Assembly (NCBI GenBank): GCA_016748015.1
Contig: JAAOMT010000076.1
Coordinates: 124,001 to 188,000, forward strand
Direction of reading: 5' to 3'
DNA: 64,000 nucleotides
From: Geosiphon pyriformis uo1
Taxonomy: Eukaryota > Fungi > Glomeromycota
The position numbers and the translations under genes were made by a program. Below, in pieces: positions 24,047-36,329 of the stretch. How positions within the stretch are numbered: position 1 is the first letter of the stretch; every line of letters begins with the position of its first letter. Below the pieces are notes generated by a model. The model was given only the letters and a program-made list of their open reading frames with translations, searched no databases and was not told the origin of the DNA.

Positions 24047-24640
24047 TCAAACATTTGAGCTTTTGCCCGAGAAACTGGGATCCGTGATTCTGATTTCGAT
24101 ACGTTTTTTTCTGGGACCATCATCGTTCATCTCAATTTTCAAATGCTCAATCAACTTATGACGCCTATTTCTTTTTCTAGGAATAAATTCCGGATTTTGG
24201 AGATACTATTATTACAAGAGAAAAATATTGGTGAATAAAATCAGTCAATTTTAAGAACTTATGTTTAAACAATTCCCCTATTTTTGTTTTTTCATATTTC
24301 ACTCAGCTCAGAGTCCATCAAAAGAACCCATAGATTTAGCGCTAACCTCAGGATCCTTTTCTGTCTTGAATAAACAATGACTACACATAAGAGTTTTTTC
24401 TTTAACTCCTACAACACCAATTATCCGATCGGGGGCTTTGTACAATTTTCGCTTGACCGACTCAGACTTTGGATATGTTTTAGTTGGTTTGGTAGTAGAA
24501 AGATAAACATCGTGCTTTGGATGGCCACAGCCTTCCCACAGGATTTCTTTTTGTTTCGGGGGTTCAATATAACGTTGAGTGACAGGAGCCGCTGTGTCGG
24601 AGGATCCCTTATTAATTAGTTTTCGAGAAATAAATGACAT
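24047..24640 (-). CDS. Putative small basic orphan protein (150 aa) with CxH...CxxC and two NLS-like motifs
   Basis: Exon 1 24640-24347 (MSFISRKL...GCGHPKH...LMCSHCLFKTEKDPE, donor GTTAGC) joins in phase 0 to exon 2 24205-24047 (YLQNPEFIPRKRNRRHKLIEHLKIEMNDDGPRKKRIEIRITDPSFSGKSSNV*). Confidence 0.55.
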
Positions 24641-25933
24641 GGTTGAAAAATCAGTATCAGAATCAGAAGGATAGGAAATGTTTATCGGAATAAGGGCGAT
24701 CAGCAAATTAATGTCTATTTTAAAGTTTATGACTGATCGAATCAGAAGCATTTCATTCTCCACGTGATTATAAGTCAAGCATCATCAAATCATGAATAAT
24801 ATCGAGACGATTTAAGGCAGTGTGAATCACGGAGTTTATGGATGTTATAAAAAACTCGGAATGAATTTTTTCAAAAATACCAAATGACAAGGATCAGAAA
24901 TTTGTACATGTTTTCATTGATATTTAATTTTGGTGGTAAATCATTCATTTCATTATAATTTTCTAAATTGGTGGTGTAATCTACCACTTTGAGTTTTTTC
25001 TTAGTTATGTTTGCAGCCTTTTAAAGTTGAAATGAGCAAAGAACAAGAGAAAGCGTTTGACACAGTGTAATTTATAATGAAGCAAAATTTTTGATTATCC
25101 AGAAATCTCAGGTCATACTGCTACTGTGTATTAAGATGTCACTGTTTTGAAAACTTTGAGAAAAAATTTGAATAGACGAGCTTACAAACCATTAAATGAC
25201 AAGAAAACTTTTTCCTAATCAAAAAAAAAAATTTTGATTCAAATCAAACACAATATTTCTATGTTTTACATTTTTAATTCTTTTGTGAACTTAAAAATTC
25301 ACAATAAAAAAATTTAGGATATTCATTTCTTTTGGGAAATAAATTCTTTGATTCAATTTAGATTTAATAGTGAGCTAGCCATTTTTGAAGTTTTTGTCGT
25401 AAGATTTTACTAATACATACGTCATTTAATGTGATTTCACGAATTCTCTTGGGTTTTTTCTGTATTCCTAAATAAATTATCTAATTATTAAACACACTTT
25501 ATTCAATGTAAAAATTTTTAACAAATATAAAGTTTATTTAAAATTATTTATCTTTGTGGCAAAGACCAATTTTTACAACAAAATAGTAGAAAAAAATTGA
25601 ATTGTAATATACTTTGATGAATATATACTATCTAAAAGAAAAACTTTTATCATTATTTAGATCATAGCTTTCAATCATTAACGTTAAATATGTTTACTAA
25701 TTAGTATTGGATACAAAACTACATGTATCATATCTTCTTGTTTTCTTGTGTTACCAAAAATTTATTTTTTATATACCACAAACATCATTTTTTGTAACAT
25801 ATTGTGTAGATCCTGCCAAACTCAGGAGGATTGGCAAAACGTTATAGATTTCAAAATAATAAATTTTGTTATCATCAAAGTCATAAAAACAATTCTGACC
25901 AAATATTCAAAATTCCTTTTAAATTAATACCCA

Positions 25934-27168
25934 ATGAATTTTTTTTTAAATCTTTGCTGTCTACTCGTCTTGAAATTAGCCTGGATGCTATCAGGTTCAG
26001 TGCTGAATCCTGAGGCTATAGAGCGTGATGAAGACCCTTTGAATATCAATATATATGAAAAACGAACATCAAAAATATTTAAAAAAATCTTGATAGAAGA
26101 TCAAAAACTTCTCCAAATGCTTAAAAATAATGCATACCTTGCAGCCCAAGCCGGATGCCCTGGGAGGAATGTAGCGAAATTAGCGCGAGGACTTTCCAGT
26201 AATTTTTTTTTTAAATCGTGATTAAAATTGACATCTAGAAAATCTCAATATTATTAAATTCTAGTGGAAATCCCAAAAGACTTGAAACCAATTCCAGGAC
26301 AATATCCACAAATAATATGGACCTTTAAATATAATGAATTAAAATACATTGGTTGGAATAATTTTAGATCAATACCAACTCCTTATCCTAATGTACAAGG
26401 TGCATTAATAGATCAACGCCATTTTGAAATTTGGTTGCAAGGTCAAGAAAATTTTTCCGAAATAATGAAACATTTTAGTTTGGACCCTAAATTTCATGAT
26501 GTAAATCGTTTCTTTACATTTACTGGGTTTGGAAGAGCTGGAAGTAAGTTGTTGGTTGTTAGATTCGAATTTGAATTTGAATTTTTTATAATTTATCAAC
26601 CCTTCTCAATTTTAGTAATGGCGGTTTATGCAGCATTAAAATTCGCCCACACATATAATACAATACCAACAGTGATCACATTTGGTAAACCACTAATGGG
26701 AAACATGAAATTTGCTGAATTTGTAGAATCTCAAATCGACCATTATCGTATCACTTACCGTGACGACTTCACACCAAACGTCCCTCCAAAAGCAATCTCT
26801 CATAAGAAAGTTGTTAAATATGTCCCATTGGAAAGCGAGTATTGGATTCCATTTCAAGATGAATGTGAATGCTCATCTTCAGAGTCAGATGAGACAATAA
26901 AATTCCCAGCTCTTTATAAATGTTTTACCATAGGAATATTGGAGCAGCATCCGGTGAGTGAGCTTTTAAAATCTTTGTAAAATAAAGAAGCTTGGTTTTA
27001 TTTGAAAATTGATTTTAATATAATTATTTTATGCAAAAGCAATGTAATGCGGATTGGTTAATACGAAGAAAAAAAGCGCATCGATATGTAAAATATCCGC
27101 AAAATGATGATCATTATGGTCCTTATTTTGGGTATATGATGGGAGAATGCCTTGCTGAAAGCTCTTAA
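25934..27168 (+). CDS. Secreted class-3 lipase-like protein, predicted catalytically inactive
   Basis: Signal peptide MNFFLNLCCLLVLKLAWMLSGSVL; exons 25934-26198, 26265-26543, 26616-26953, 27040-27168. Lipase_3 motifs: FTFTGFGRAGIMAVYAA (in place of GHSLGGAxA), VITFGKPLMGNMKFA, RITYRDDFTPNVPP and DHYGPYFG. Confidence 0.8.
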
Positions 27169-27962
27169 AAAAATTGCAGAGATTTCTCAATTGCATAATG
27201 AAGACATATGAATAATTTCGTTTTTTATTAAAATATCTAGACATGCTAGCAAAAATAGATTTTATTTATTCTCTCCCCTGACACTCCATAATGCCCATTT
27301 TGCTTTTTTAACAGAACATGACGCCCGCACTATGGTATTAAAGATAAATATTGCCAAGTCATCCATCGCTTTAAAAAGGGGATTAGGATACGGCTTGAAC
27401 AGTAACATGTGGGTTGAGAATTTCATCGTCGCTTGTTGCATGCTGCCGTTATCCTGATTTTCATCTTATAGTTTTTGCTAGTTCTGGTATTCTCTCATGT
27501 ATTTAATTAATAACCGTTCTTGAATTCTGCAGATGAATACACGGTTGATGTCAAGTTCTAGTTTTTAATTGTAATTGTAAAGGCTTGGAATTTTATAGTT
27601 TAATTTTCAAAAAGTTCTAATTACGGTTCTCTTTTGACGTTGAAAACCTCTGATTAGCACAGGATATTCTTGAAAAAATTTATTTTACTAATTTCGTGTG
27701 TGTTAAGGATTGGAGAATAATAAAGAACCTGATGGAATTTGACTAATCATGAAAAAATTTGGAAAATGCACAATGATGCAAATATAGAGTTTTACGAATT
27801 CTTGTGGTACCCAAAGTGGCCATATTGGATAATAAATCGTAATCGGAATTCCGAAATTTTTTTTGGATATTACAAAAAAAAATACACAAATTTAATCATT
27901 CCATATTTTTTCCGGAACAAATGAAACGCAATATTACATCAAACGGTGATGAATTGATGCCA

Positions 27963-27991
27963 ACTACTACTACTACTATTACTACTACTAT

Positions 27992-28064
<73 letters not shown>
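27963..28064 (+). repeat. (ACT)n microsatellite, about 34 units with two ATT interruptions
   Basis: Directly visible. Confidence 0.95.
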
Positions 28065-28065
<1 letters not shown>

Positions 28066-29722
28066 TTATACTTTTCTTTCATGACTCGGGTTACGATGCA
28101 CATTCGGGGAAAAAGTTAAAAAAAGAATTCTTTTTTTTTCTTTTTTAAAAAGAAAATAAAAAAAAGTTGATTTTCGTTGCATTGGTAAACAGATCGATGC
28201 AAAATCAAAATACGATCATGTTATCATTTTTTTATAACCAACAGCCGTCATCGCAAAAATACCTCAATTTTTTGATATATATATAAATATAAATATATAT
28301 ATTTTTTTAAAATAAAAATAAATGATTTCCAGAATTGGTTGTAAAAGCCTTTTTCTATTGAAAAAAATGGGTCTTGAGGTTTTGACTTTTTTTTAATTTT
28401 AATTTTTTTTTTTGCTATTTTTGGAAAATTATTGTTTCAAAAAAGGATTGACTAATAATTAGAAATCAAAAAACTATCATACATGCTATTATGTCGTTAT
28501 TTTAATATATAATTTATGAATGTTATTTTTATTCAATTTTTTCTTGGGAAATTCAAAATAAGGTTTTTTTTTATTTATATATTTTGTGAATATTACATTC
28601 TATGATAGGATGTGTCATTCGAATAAATATATATATATGTACATTTATACATATATTTTAAAATATTTTAAAATAATAAATTGATAGAAACCCTTTTTGA
28701 CAATTTAAAAATGTTCATTTATTAAAAGCCGAGCAATTGACATAATTTTTAATATTTTTTTCATTATTATCAAGAAAAATGAAATCACTTATTTTTCACA
28801 AGATTAAATTAGTTCATTGAAATGTTTAGATAAGAATTAGAAATTTTACAAAGATATTTAAGGCGCCAAGAATTTTAAATGTCTCTTTCCTCAGACTAAA
28901 AGCAATAATTTCTCATAAAAGCTTTTGAGCTTTTTATTCATTTTGATTTTTACGTCGTATAATTACCATTCCAAAGGTATTTTTACTTGGCTGTTTATTT
29001 ATTACCTGAAATTAAGGTCTAAACGTATTTTAATCAATTGGGTAACACATGTCGTCACACTTGATGTATGATGTATGTTGTATGTTGTACAAACTTTCTC
29101 AAATCGTGTAATCGAGCGGCGCAACCAAGCTCTGTGCACGGGTAAGATACAATTTGAGGTGACCTAGTCTTAATTAATTATCAATTGATACATTAAAAGT
29201 CGTTTTTATAACCAAAAAAAAAATGACCAAAGCAAATTTGAAACACAAAATAACTTCCTGATAGTCATAATGTTATGGACCACGTTTTCCGTTTTTTAAA
29301 ACTGCGTCTAAAGTAAAAATTTAACGCAGTTAAAAGATTTAAATATCGTTGTGGTCGTTAGTCAAAAAAGTATGCATAATGATATGTGATGACGCCGCAG
29401 TATCAATTTTTAAGGAATACTATTGAAGAAAACTTGGAATTTCAAATTGTTTGAGGAGAAGTTGGGAAAGTTTTGTTTGCACATGTTTGCAATTTGGGAA
29501 GGGTTAATTAATATATTTATTCTCGGAGAATATCCAATCAAAATGAGGATTTTTTTGCATATATTGAGTTAAAAAATGTATTTTCCCTTGGTAACTATTT
29601 CACTCAAAAAAAAAAAAAAAAAATTTTGACGGTGAACAGTTCTCTGTTTTTTAACTTGTCTGTCCATAGAGAGGTTCAGTTTTCCAAAAATTCCTCCTTT
29701 AAAAGACAAAAAATTCGACGAT

Positions 29723-30670
29723 ATGATGGTTTCCGGAATCAGTCAAATCTGTGATTGGGATTGCTTATTACCCGAAAATTTGGGGAAAACCAATTTTCAT
29801 GATCAGAACGAGGTCAACACTACGACAACGAAAACAAAGATTTTTAACGATGGGAACAATATATGGCAAATGAATCCTTTAGGTCATTTGCCTCTTTATG
29901 ACGAAAGTGGTGAAAATTTCGAAGAAATCGTAAACAATGAAATTCAGATGGAATTTGAATTTGTGAGCGAAAAAGATATCACTAAAAATTTAGCAATTAT
30001 AAATATGATGTCAACAATACAAGACAATTATTTACCACCACCAACAACAACAACACCTTTAGAATCAATTCTAAATTTCCATCTCACCAAAGAAAATTCT
30101 TATAATAAACCATTACAATCACCGTCATCACCATCATCACCATTACCACAAGAAACACCCGATATTTCGAATTTCGACATGATAATTCCAGAACTCGAAT
30201 TTCCAGGGGAATTTTGGACCTTATATGATGATGATGTTGAAATTGAAGAATTTAATTTCTTTAACCAAACTTCACAATCAATAAATTCGAATAAGGATGG
30301 TGATTTCAATTCATTCAACCAATACCTTGAATCACCAAATTATAATGGCTCCAATCACGACTTTTCTTTATTTCAAAACGGCACGGAACTAATAGAAATC
30401 GATTCAACGACAGCTACTATGCTTACGCCAAACACTTTCTTTCCAACCTACAATGAATTGGAGAGTTCGTCAAAATATGAACCAACCGATCGCTTATCAT
30501 TAGAAAATTCCATTCATTTACCTGATCTAATCAATGAACAATATGATTTTACACTTTTTAATCCCGAAATCGATGATAGTATAGCTCCCGATGAGTCAAA
30601 TTCCGTATTTCCAGACATGGACGAAATAACTTGCTCAAACATATTTGTAATTAGTTACTGTTTATTATGA
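29723..30670 (+). CDS. Acidic, Phe-rich orphan protein (DFxLF family, member 1)
   Basis: 315-aa intronless ORF starting MMVS; motifs EEFNFFN, HDFSLFQN and YDFTLFNPE. Confidence 0.7.
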   Translation: MMVSGISQICDWDCLLPENLGKTNFHDQNEVNTTTTKTKIFNDGNNIWQMNPLGHLPLYDESGENFEEIVNNEIQMEFEFVSEKDITKNLAIINMMSTIQDNYLPPPTTTTPLESILNFHLTKENSYNKPLQSPSSPSSPLPQETPDISNFDMIIPELEFPGEFWTLYDDDVEIEEFNFFNQTSQSINSNKDGDFNSFNQYLESPNYNGSNHDFSLFQNGTELIEIDSTTATMLTPNTFFPTYNELESSSKYEPTDRLSLENSIHLPDLINEQYDFTLFNPEIDDSIAPDESNSVFPDMDEITCSNIFVISYCLL

Positions 30671-31252
30671 CCCCCGAAATATTAGTCAGTTTTTGTTTTG
30701 CACAACTGTTCTTTCTGAAATCATTCGTTCTTGTGAACGCTCTTTTTTGATTATTGTATTATCGAAGTTTGTAAATAGTTTCTAAAGTATAGATTAGATT
30801 AGGTAGAATGAGATGTAAGATAAAAAAAGTTCAAAGTTCAGAGTTTCCCAGATTAAATTCGTGAATAAAAGCAGTTGGTGACCTACCTTTGGTCAATCAA
30901 TAAATATCATTGTCGTCATTGAAGGATGAATGCAAAGTGGGGGAATGAGGGGAATGATTTATGATAACATATTATTAGCATGCATTATAAATGATCAAAT
31001 AATGCGTTGATAATCAGGTATAGAGCCAATTCACCGTATATATATATATATATGTATTTATTTATTTATTTAAAATCAAATTTTTTTTTGTGTTAATTCT
31101 TATTACGTGATCAAATTTCAAAAAACCAGTTTTCTTTTGTTTGTCATCAAAACCTTTTTTAGATCATATATTATTATTTTTTCTTATGGGATTAAATATT
31201 GTTTTTTAACTGAATTCTTTGAATTTTGTAAACATATATTTTCAATTTAACC

Positions 31253-31292
<40 letters not shown>
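31253..31292 (+). repeat. (AAT)n microsatellite
   Basis: Directly visible. Confidence 0.9.
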
Positions 31293-31293
<1 letters not shown>

Positions 31294-32317
31294 TTCCCGT
31301 TTTTTTTTATATACGGGACTTGATCTTTAATGATTTTACAAATTGAAGCCCTAATTGTGTAACATATTATACATGTTAATCATACCAGTTTATCTATGTT
31401 TAAATAATTTTAATAATTAATCCATTCCCTCTTTCACAATGGACGTTTCTAAAAAAATAAATTGATTGAATAACTTTTTTCTTTGTATACTTTCATGGAA
31501 AATCTGAACATCATGACCAGATTAAAAGTTACACGTTTGACTAATCATTTCTTTGAGAAGAAACTAGATGGTTACGTAGTGACAATGACTCATTATATAT
31601 CAAAGTAAACCCTAAATTCTCCGATGCCACAATAAACAGTAATTTATCAGTTTTTATTACAAAAAGAATTTTTTATTTTGTGGGTAAAAAAAAAAAAATT
31701 CAGGATTTAGTAATGATCGTATAGTATCTTTTTATAAATTTGGTCTCGAGATATTTTCATATTGGTTAACAATCATTGGTATCTTTGATTAAAATGAAAA
31801 GTTTTCTTTCTTAAAAAACTATATATCCTAAAAAAAACATTTTCTGTTTAAGTAAAATAGATGATGGGTTGAAATCAAAATCTACTGAAATGATTATGGT
31901 AAATCTCTAGTTTTGAAATCTACGAAATATTTTTCAACATTGTTTCATTCTTAATCTCATTGCTTTGTTTATAAGAAATAGATGTTTGCATTGTGATAAC
32001 AAGAAAAAAAAAATGCAAAGAAGATTCTATGAAATCATTTATTGAGTCTAGATTCATGTTTAGTACTTGAGCATATGATCTTCGTGATCATTTCGGGTTG
32101 CAAAAACGTCAACGCTTGACAAAGAACTTTTAATCTGATTAACCTTTTAAAGCTTTCATTAACACGATATACGATATATTATAATTTAATTTTTGGAAAA
32201 AGGTTCATTTTTTTATTGTAGAATTATTTTAAGATTTATAAAAAAGTTATATTTAATACTATTTAAAATGTTCATTATTTATAGTGTCCAATATCTGTTA
32301 TATATGTTTTTTTTAGG

Positions 32318-32377
<60 letters not shown>
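32318..32377 (+). repeat. Poly(A) homopolymer of about 60 nt
   Basis: Directly visible, about 35 nt beyond the stop of the minus-strand ORF ending at 32412. Confidence 0.95.
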
Positions 32378-32379
<2 letters not shown>

Positions 32380-32411
32380 AAGATTCTTAACGAAAAAGAG
32401 AAACTCTTTCA

Positions 32412-32698
32412 TCAAGGACCATTGCTTTTACAGTAACCATTAAAAAGACCAACTTCAACATGATCAGATTTCGAATTATTTAAAGAAAAATTAAATAAGG
32501 GACTTGAACTTTGGGAGGAATCATTTGAAAAAAGTTTCAAATTATTATCATCATTAAAGTTTTTAAGCTTGTGGTATTGATGATTGGAATCTTGAAATGA
32601 AAAAGAATTTTTATAAAACTCGTTGCTGATTTGAGCGATATTTTGATCCCAGTCTGTTTTTTCTGTACTTATTGTTGTTGTTGTTGTTGTTGCTGCTT

Positions 32699-32750
<52 letters not shown>

Positions 32751-33011
32751 AGCGGAAGAATAAACTTGATTTAAATGAGGCATCATCATCGTAGTAGGCG
32801 ATATTGTAGAGTCGAGTGTCAATGAATTATTTTCAAATCCATCATTTTCAAAAAGAACAAAATCAAATTGTTCACTTGAATAAAGAGAAGAATATTGTTC
32901 TTGAAAGTTATAAAAAGATTCCAAAATATTCTTTGATGTTTTAACGAAATGTTTCTCGGACATCTTATTATTAAATTTGTTGTTGACCGAGATGTCTAAA
33001 GTTTGAATCAT
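32412..33011 (-). CDS. Acidic orphan protein with poly-Thr tract (DFxLF family, member 2)
   Basis: 199-aa ORF; QFDFVLFEND...MMMPHLNQV and NLKLFSND; (ACA)n-encoded poly-T at about 32670-32750. Confidence 0.6.
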
Positions 33012-33348
33012 TATAATTCAATTTCAAAAAGCAAAAATTTTCGGAGGGGGGGGTTTTTTTTAAATATGTATATTTATGAAAATACTTGAAACATTTACCT
33101 TTACATAAAGAATTATTCATCATCTTCGTGATGGAAGGTAGAAGGTTTTTTTTTTTTAAAAAAAAAAATAATTGGACATACAGCTTATATATAATGTATA
33201 TATTTTTTTTATATGCACTGTATATGTAAATGATTTTCATTTGAAAATCAGCCTAAAGTTTTTGTTTAAAATCTTTTCAGGAAAAGGAAAAGGATAACAA
33301 TATTAATTTAGTTTTTTATTTCTTTTTTACAATAATCGTTTAAAATTC

Positions 33349-33389
<41 letters not shown>

Positions 33390-34053
33390 TTTTTACTAAA
33401 TTTATAATGAAAAATAAAGTTTTTTCGAAAAAAAATCACATATTTGTCACAATACTCGTATAAAAACAACGTTTCACGGGGCTCGGAACTCGGAGACAAT
33501 TCTCTCCTAACACCACATTAAAAAGTATAATAATATTTGAATGCTTCGAAAATCGAAATCGACCGTATGGATTTTTTTTTTTTTTTACATCGTTCATTGT
33601 AATGTTACCAAATTAATCATAGTTAATCACATTTGTGATACAAATTCTAATACCCCATTTTTAAAAAGAACTATTCCATAAATAACCTGAACGAATTACT
33701 TGGCAAAGGGATCATGATTTAGCCAACTTGCATTCTTTGGTAATCACGGCATTTTTTTGTTCCTTTTGGTAGGCTTTATTTTAAAAAACCTTTGACATAA
33801 TTTTTTGTTTTACCTCTTTTAAATTACATATTATTATATACGAGAATATTTTGTTGAAGAATTTTAAGTCAAAACCTAAATAAATTATCTACATATCAGG
33901 AAATAAAACTTTCTTTGTGTCCAACCGAATGATTGAAGACGACAAAGTTCAATTCAAATAAGAAACGGAAAAAGAAAAGAAAAAGGAAATCATGTACTTA
34001 CAAATCAAGGGGGTAAAAATAAATGTTTCAACCGACATTGAAAGAAAAAGATT

Positions 34054-34887
34054 TCAAAGAAAAATGTCTTCAACTTCTGCAAACATTGGTTCATTGTAAT
34101 TAGTAGTGTAGGTTACCTCATCTTTAAAAGGAAAATATTTTGGTGAAAATAATTCAAAATCGTCATGATCCTCGATTCGCGATAATAATGAATTATGGTG
34201 AGAAAGTGACGATATATTAGTATCATAAAGAACCTCATTGTTTGTAAAGGGGATCTCCTGTTTTACTAATATTTCTTTACTAGACAATATTTTTTTGTCT
34301 TCTTCTTCTTCTTCTTCTTCTTCTTCTTCTTCTTCTTCTTCTTCTTCTTCTTCTTCTTCTTCTTCCTCCTCCTCCTCCTCCTCAAACAAACCAAATTGAA
34401 ATTCAAAAGAGTCGGAAAGGACTTCGTGATTTTCAATTTCACGATCACAAAATTGTAAAGAGTCAGTGGTTTCAGCAACCTTTAATCGTTTCGAAGGTCG
34501 CGAGGAATCCTTCGATTCGGTAACAAGTAAAATATCACTTAGTGATAATATCATCGTTGATATCATCATATTAGGGTTATAATTAGAGTTGTCGTCTTCG
34601 GTAAATAAAGTAAAGTCAAGGTTTTCGTCCATCCTAATATCATCCCTGTTCTCGTTGGGAGAACATCTTAAAAACCATGGTTGTATGATTTCGTTTTCCA
34701 ACGAGCGACTGGACTCGTTGGTCCTCTCTTTTCTTTTGCCTGTATGACAAAAATAAGTAGTAAAAATCTTGTTCTCAGAAAATAATTCATGAGACGAGTT
34801 TGTAGAAACGTCATTGGTAGAGAAGTTATTCGGAAGATTATTAGTATCATACCGGTTGTCATTTTTACGTTGGATAGAGATCATCAT
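34054..34887 (-). CDS. Acidic orphan protein with 28-Glu tract (DFxLF family, member 3)
   Basis: 277-aa ORF starting MMIS; LDFTLFTEDD...MILSLSDIL, FQFGLFEE and DDFELFSP; (GAG/GAA)n tract 34300-34383. Confidence 0.7.
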   Translation of the reverse strand: MMISIQRKNDNRYDTNNLPNNFSTNDVSTNSSHELFSENKIFTTYFCHTGKRKERTNESSRSLENEIIQPWFLRCSPNENRDDIRMDENLDFTLFTEDDNSNYNPNMMISTMILSLSDILLVTESKDSSRPSKRLKVAETTDSLQFCDREIENHEVLSDSFEFQFGLFEEEEEEEEEEEEEEEEEEEEEEEEEEEEDKKILSSKEILVKQEIPFTNNEVLYDTNISSLSHHNSLLSRIEDHDDFELFSPKYFPFKDEVTYTTNYNEPMFAEVEDIFL

Positions 34888-35415
34888 TTTGGGTTTTTAT
34901 TTGAAAGATGGTTTCCTTTTCTTGAGAAATATCATTCGGAAAGCACGCCTTCTTATATGAAATTCAAATGATCCCAATATCACGTTTTTTTTGGGACAAA
35001 AAAGTACCAATCAGATTTGGATTTTTTGTCTCTTGTGAAAATGTGGATGGGAACGTTCCTCTGGAAGTTTAATGAACACAAAATTAAATAGAACTGATAA
35101 CAGGGAGAATTCATGCAGCATGTAATTATAAAAAAGAAAAGTGTGACAACCGTATTGCCCTTTGAAGGCTTAAATCATTTCCTTTTAGGCTAATATTTGT
35201 TGCCATTTAATGGAATCAATTGTCCGGGAAATTTTGTCTAACAAAGTAAAATGTAAATCTTTCATCTTTTTTTTGCGAATCAAAGAATTCGAAGAAAAAT
35301 TAAAGTGTTTCACAAATTTAAATAGGATTGATTTCTATAAATAAAGACAAAAAGCAAATCGTTTATTTCCCATTTCCCTCTTTTTTCAAAAACTATTTTG
35401 AACTATTTCACCAAA

Positions 35416-36110
35416 ATGATGATTTCAAAAACCAATCTACGGCAAGAAGGTATTTTGTATAAATGGTAACAAATTTCATGTTCTTTAAAACTCATGCAAA
35501 ATTTGAAAAAACTCGCGCTTCAGTTGCTGCCAATGTATATGATGAGAGTAACTGCAATGAAATAACAACTTTGTTACAACCTTATTCCGCGGTGTCCGAA
35601 ACCGTCACGTTTCATGACACCAAGGAAGATTTTGATTTTTTGATTTTTGAGAATGCTAATGATGAACAAATTTTGGCCGAGGCCAACATACCGATATTTA
35701 TGATGCCTCACTTGAATGATATTATCTCTTGCAATGCCATGCCTTATTCCAAGTTGGTTGACGGTCAAAATTGCCGGCATCGTCATGAGCCAATTGTTTT
35801 TAACACAACATTATTATGCGGGTCTTTGGACTGCTATGAAACTACTAACCAGCCTACCGCTTTTTTCTCATCGGATTTTGAACCATCGGATGATTTCTCA
35901 TTGTTTTCTGACGATTTAGAAACTACTTTTCATGAAACATCAACGATTACTAACCAATGTTTTCCATCTCTTTTCGAAATTATTCCTTTTGAGCCATTGT
36001 TGCCCCCATCAAGTTTAAAAGACTTTGTTGATAATGACATTAATGACATTAATGACATTAATCTTTTTCCTTCTGTGGAAATACCAACATCTATCCAAAA
36101 AATATTTTGA
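35416..36110 (+). CDS. Acidic orphan protein (DFxLF family, member 4)
   Basis: Likely exon 1 35416-35449 (MMISKTNLRQE), phase-1 GT-AG intron 35450-35523, then the frame of ORF 35463..36110: DFDFLIFENA...FMMPHLNDII, DDFSLFSDD, DINLFPS. Confidence 0.65.
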
Positions 36111-36329
36111 TTTCTCCTTTAGCTACCGAAATATCGAGGATAAAATGATTTATTACGAGAGAAGGATTTACCCTTTTCCATTATAAAATAGAAAAAATTC
36201 TCCCTTAAATATGAACATTAAGAGCGGATTCATAACCAAAAATTAAGAACTTATAATCAGTAATTGATAAAAAAAAAAATAGAATTAAGAATAGAATTTC
36301 CTCTGCCAATATAAATTAATTTGGAATGC

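Noticed and set aside
27921-28148. Poly-Thr ORF (also the poly-Lys ORFs at 32193 and 34266)
   Set aside because: Open frames produced by microsatellites or homopolymers.
32318-32377. Poly(A) as the tail of a retrocopy of the adjacent intronless gene
   Set aside because: Wrong strand: the gene is on the minus strand, so the tract would be poly(U) in its mRNA; no TSD seen.
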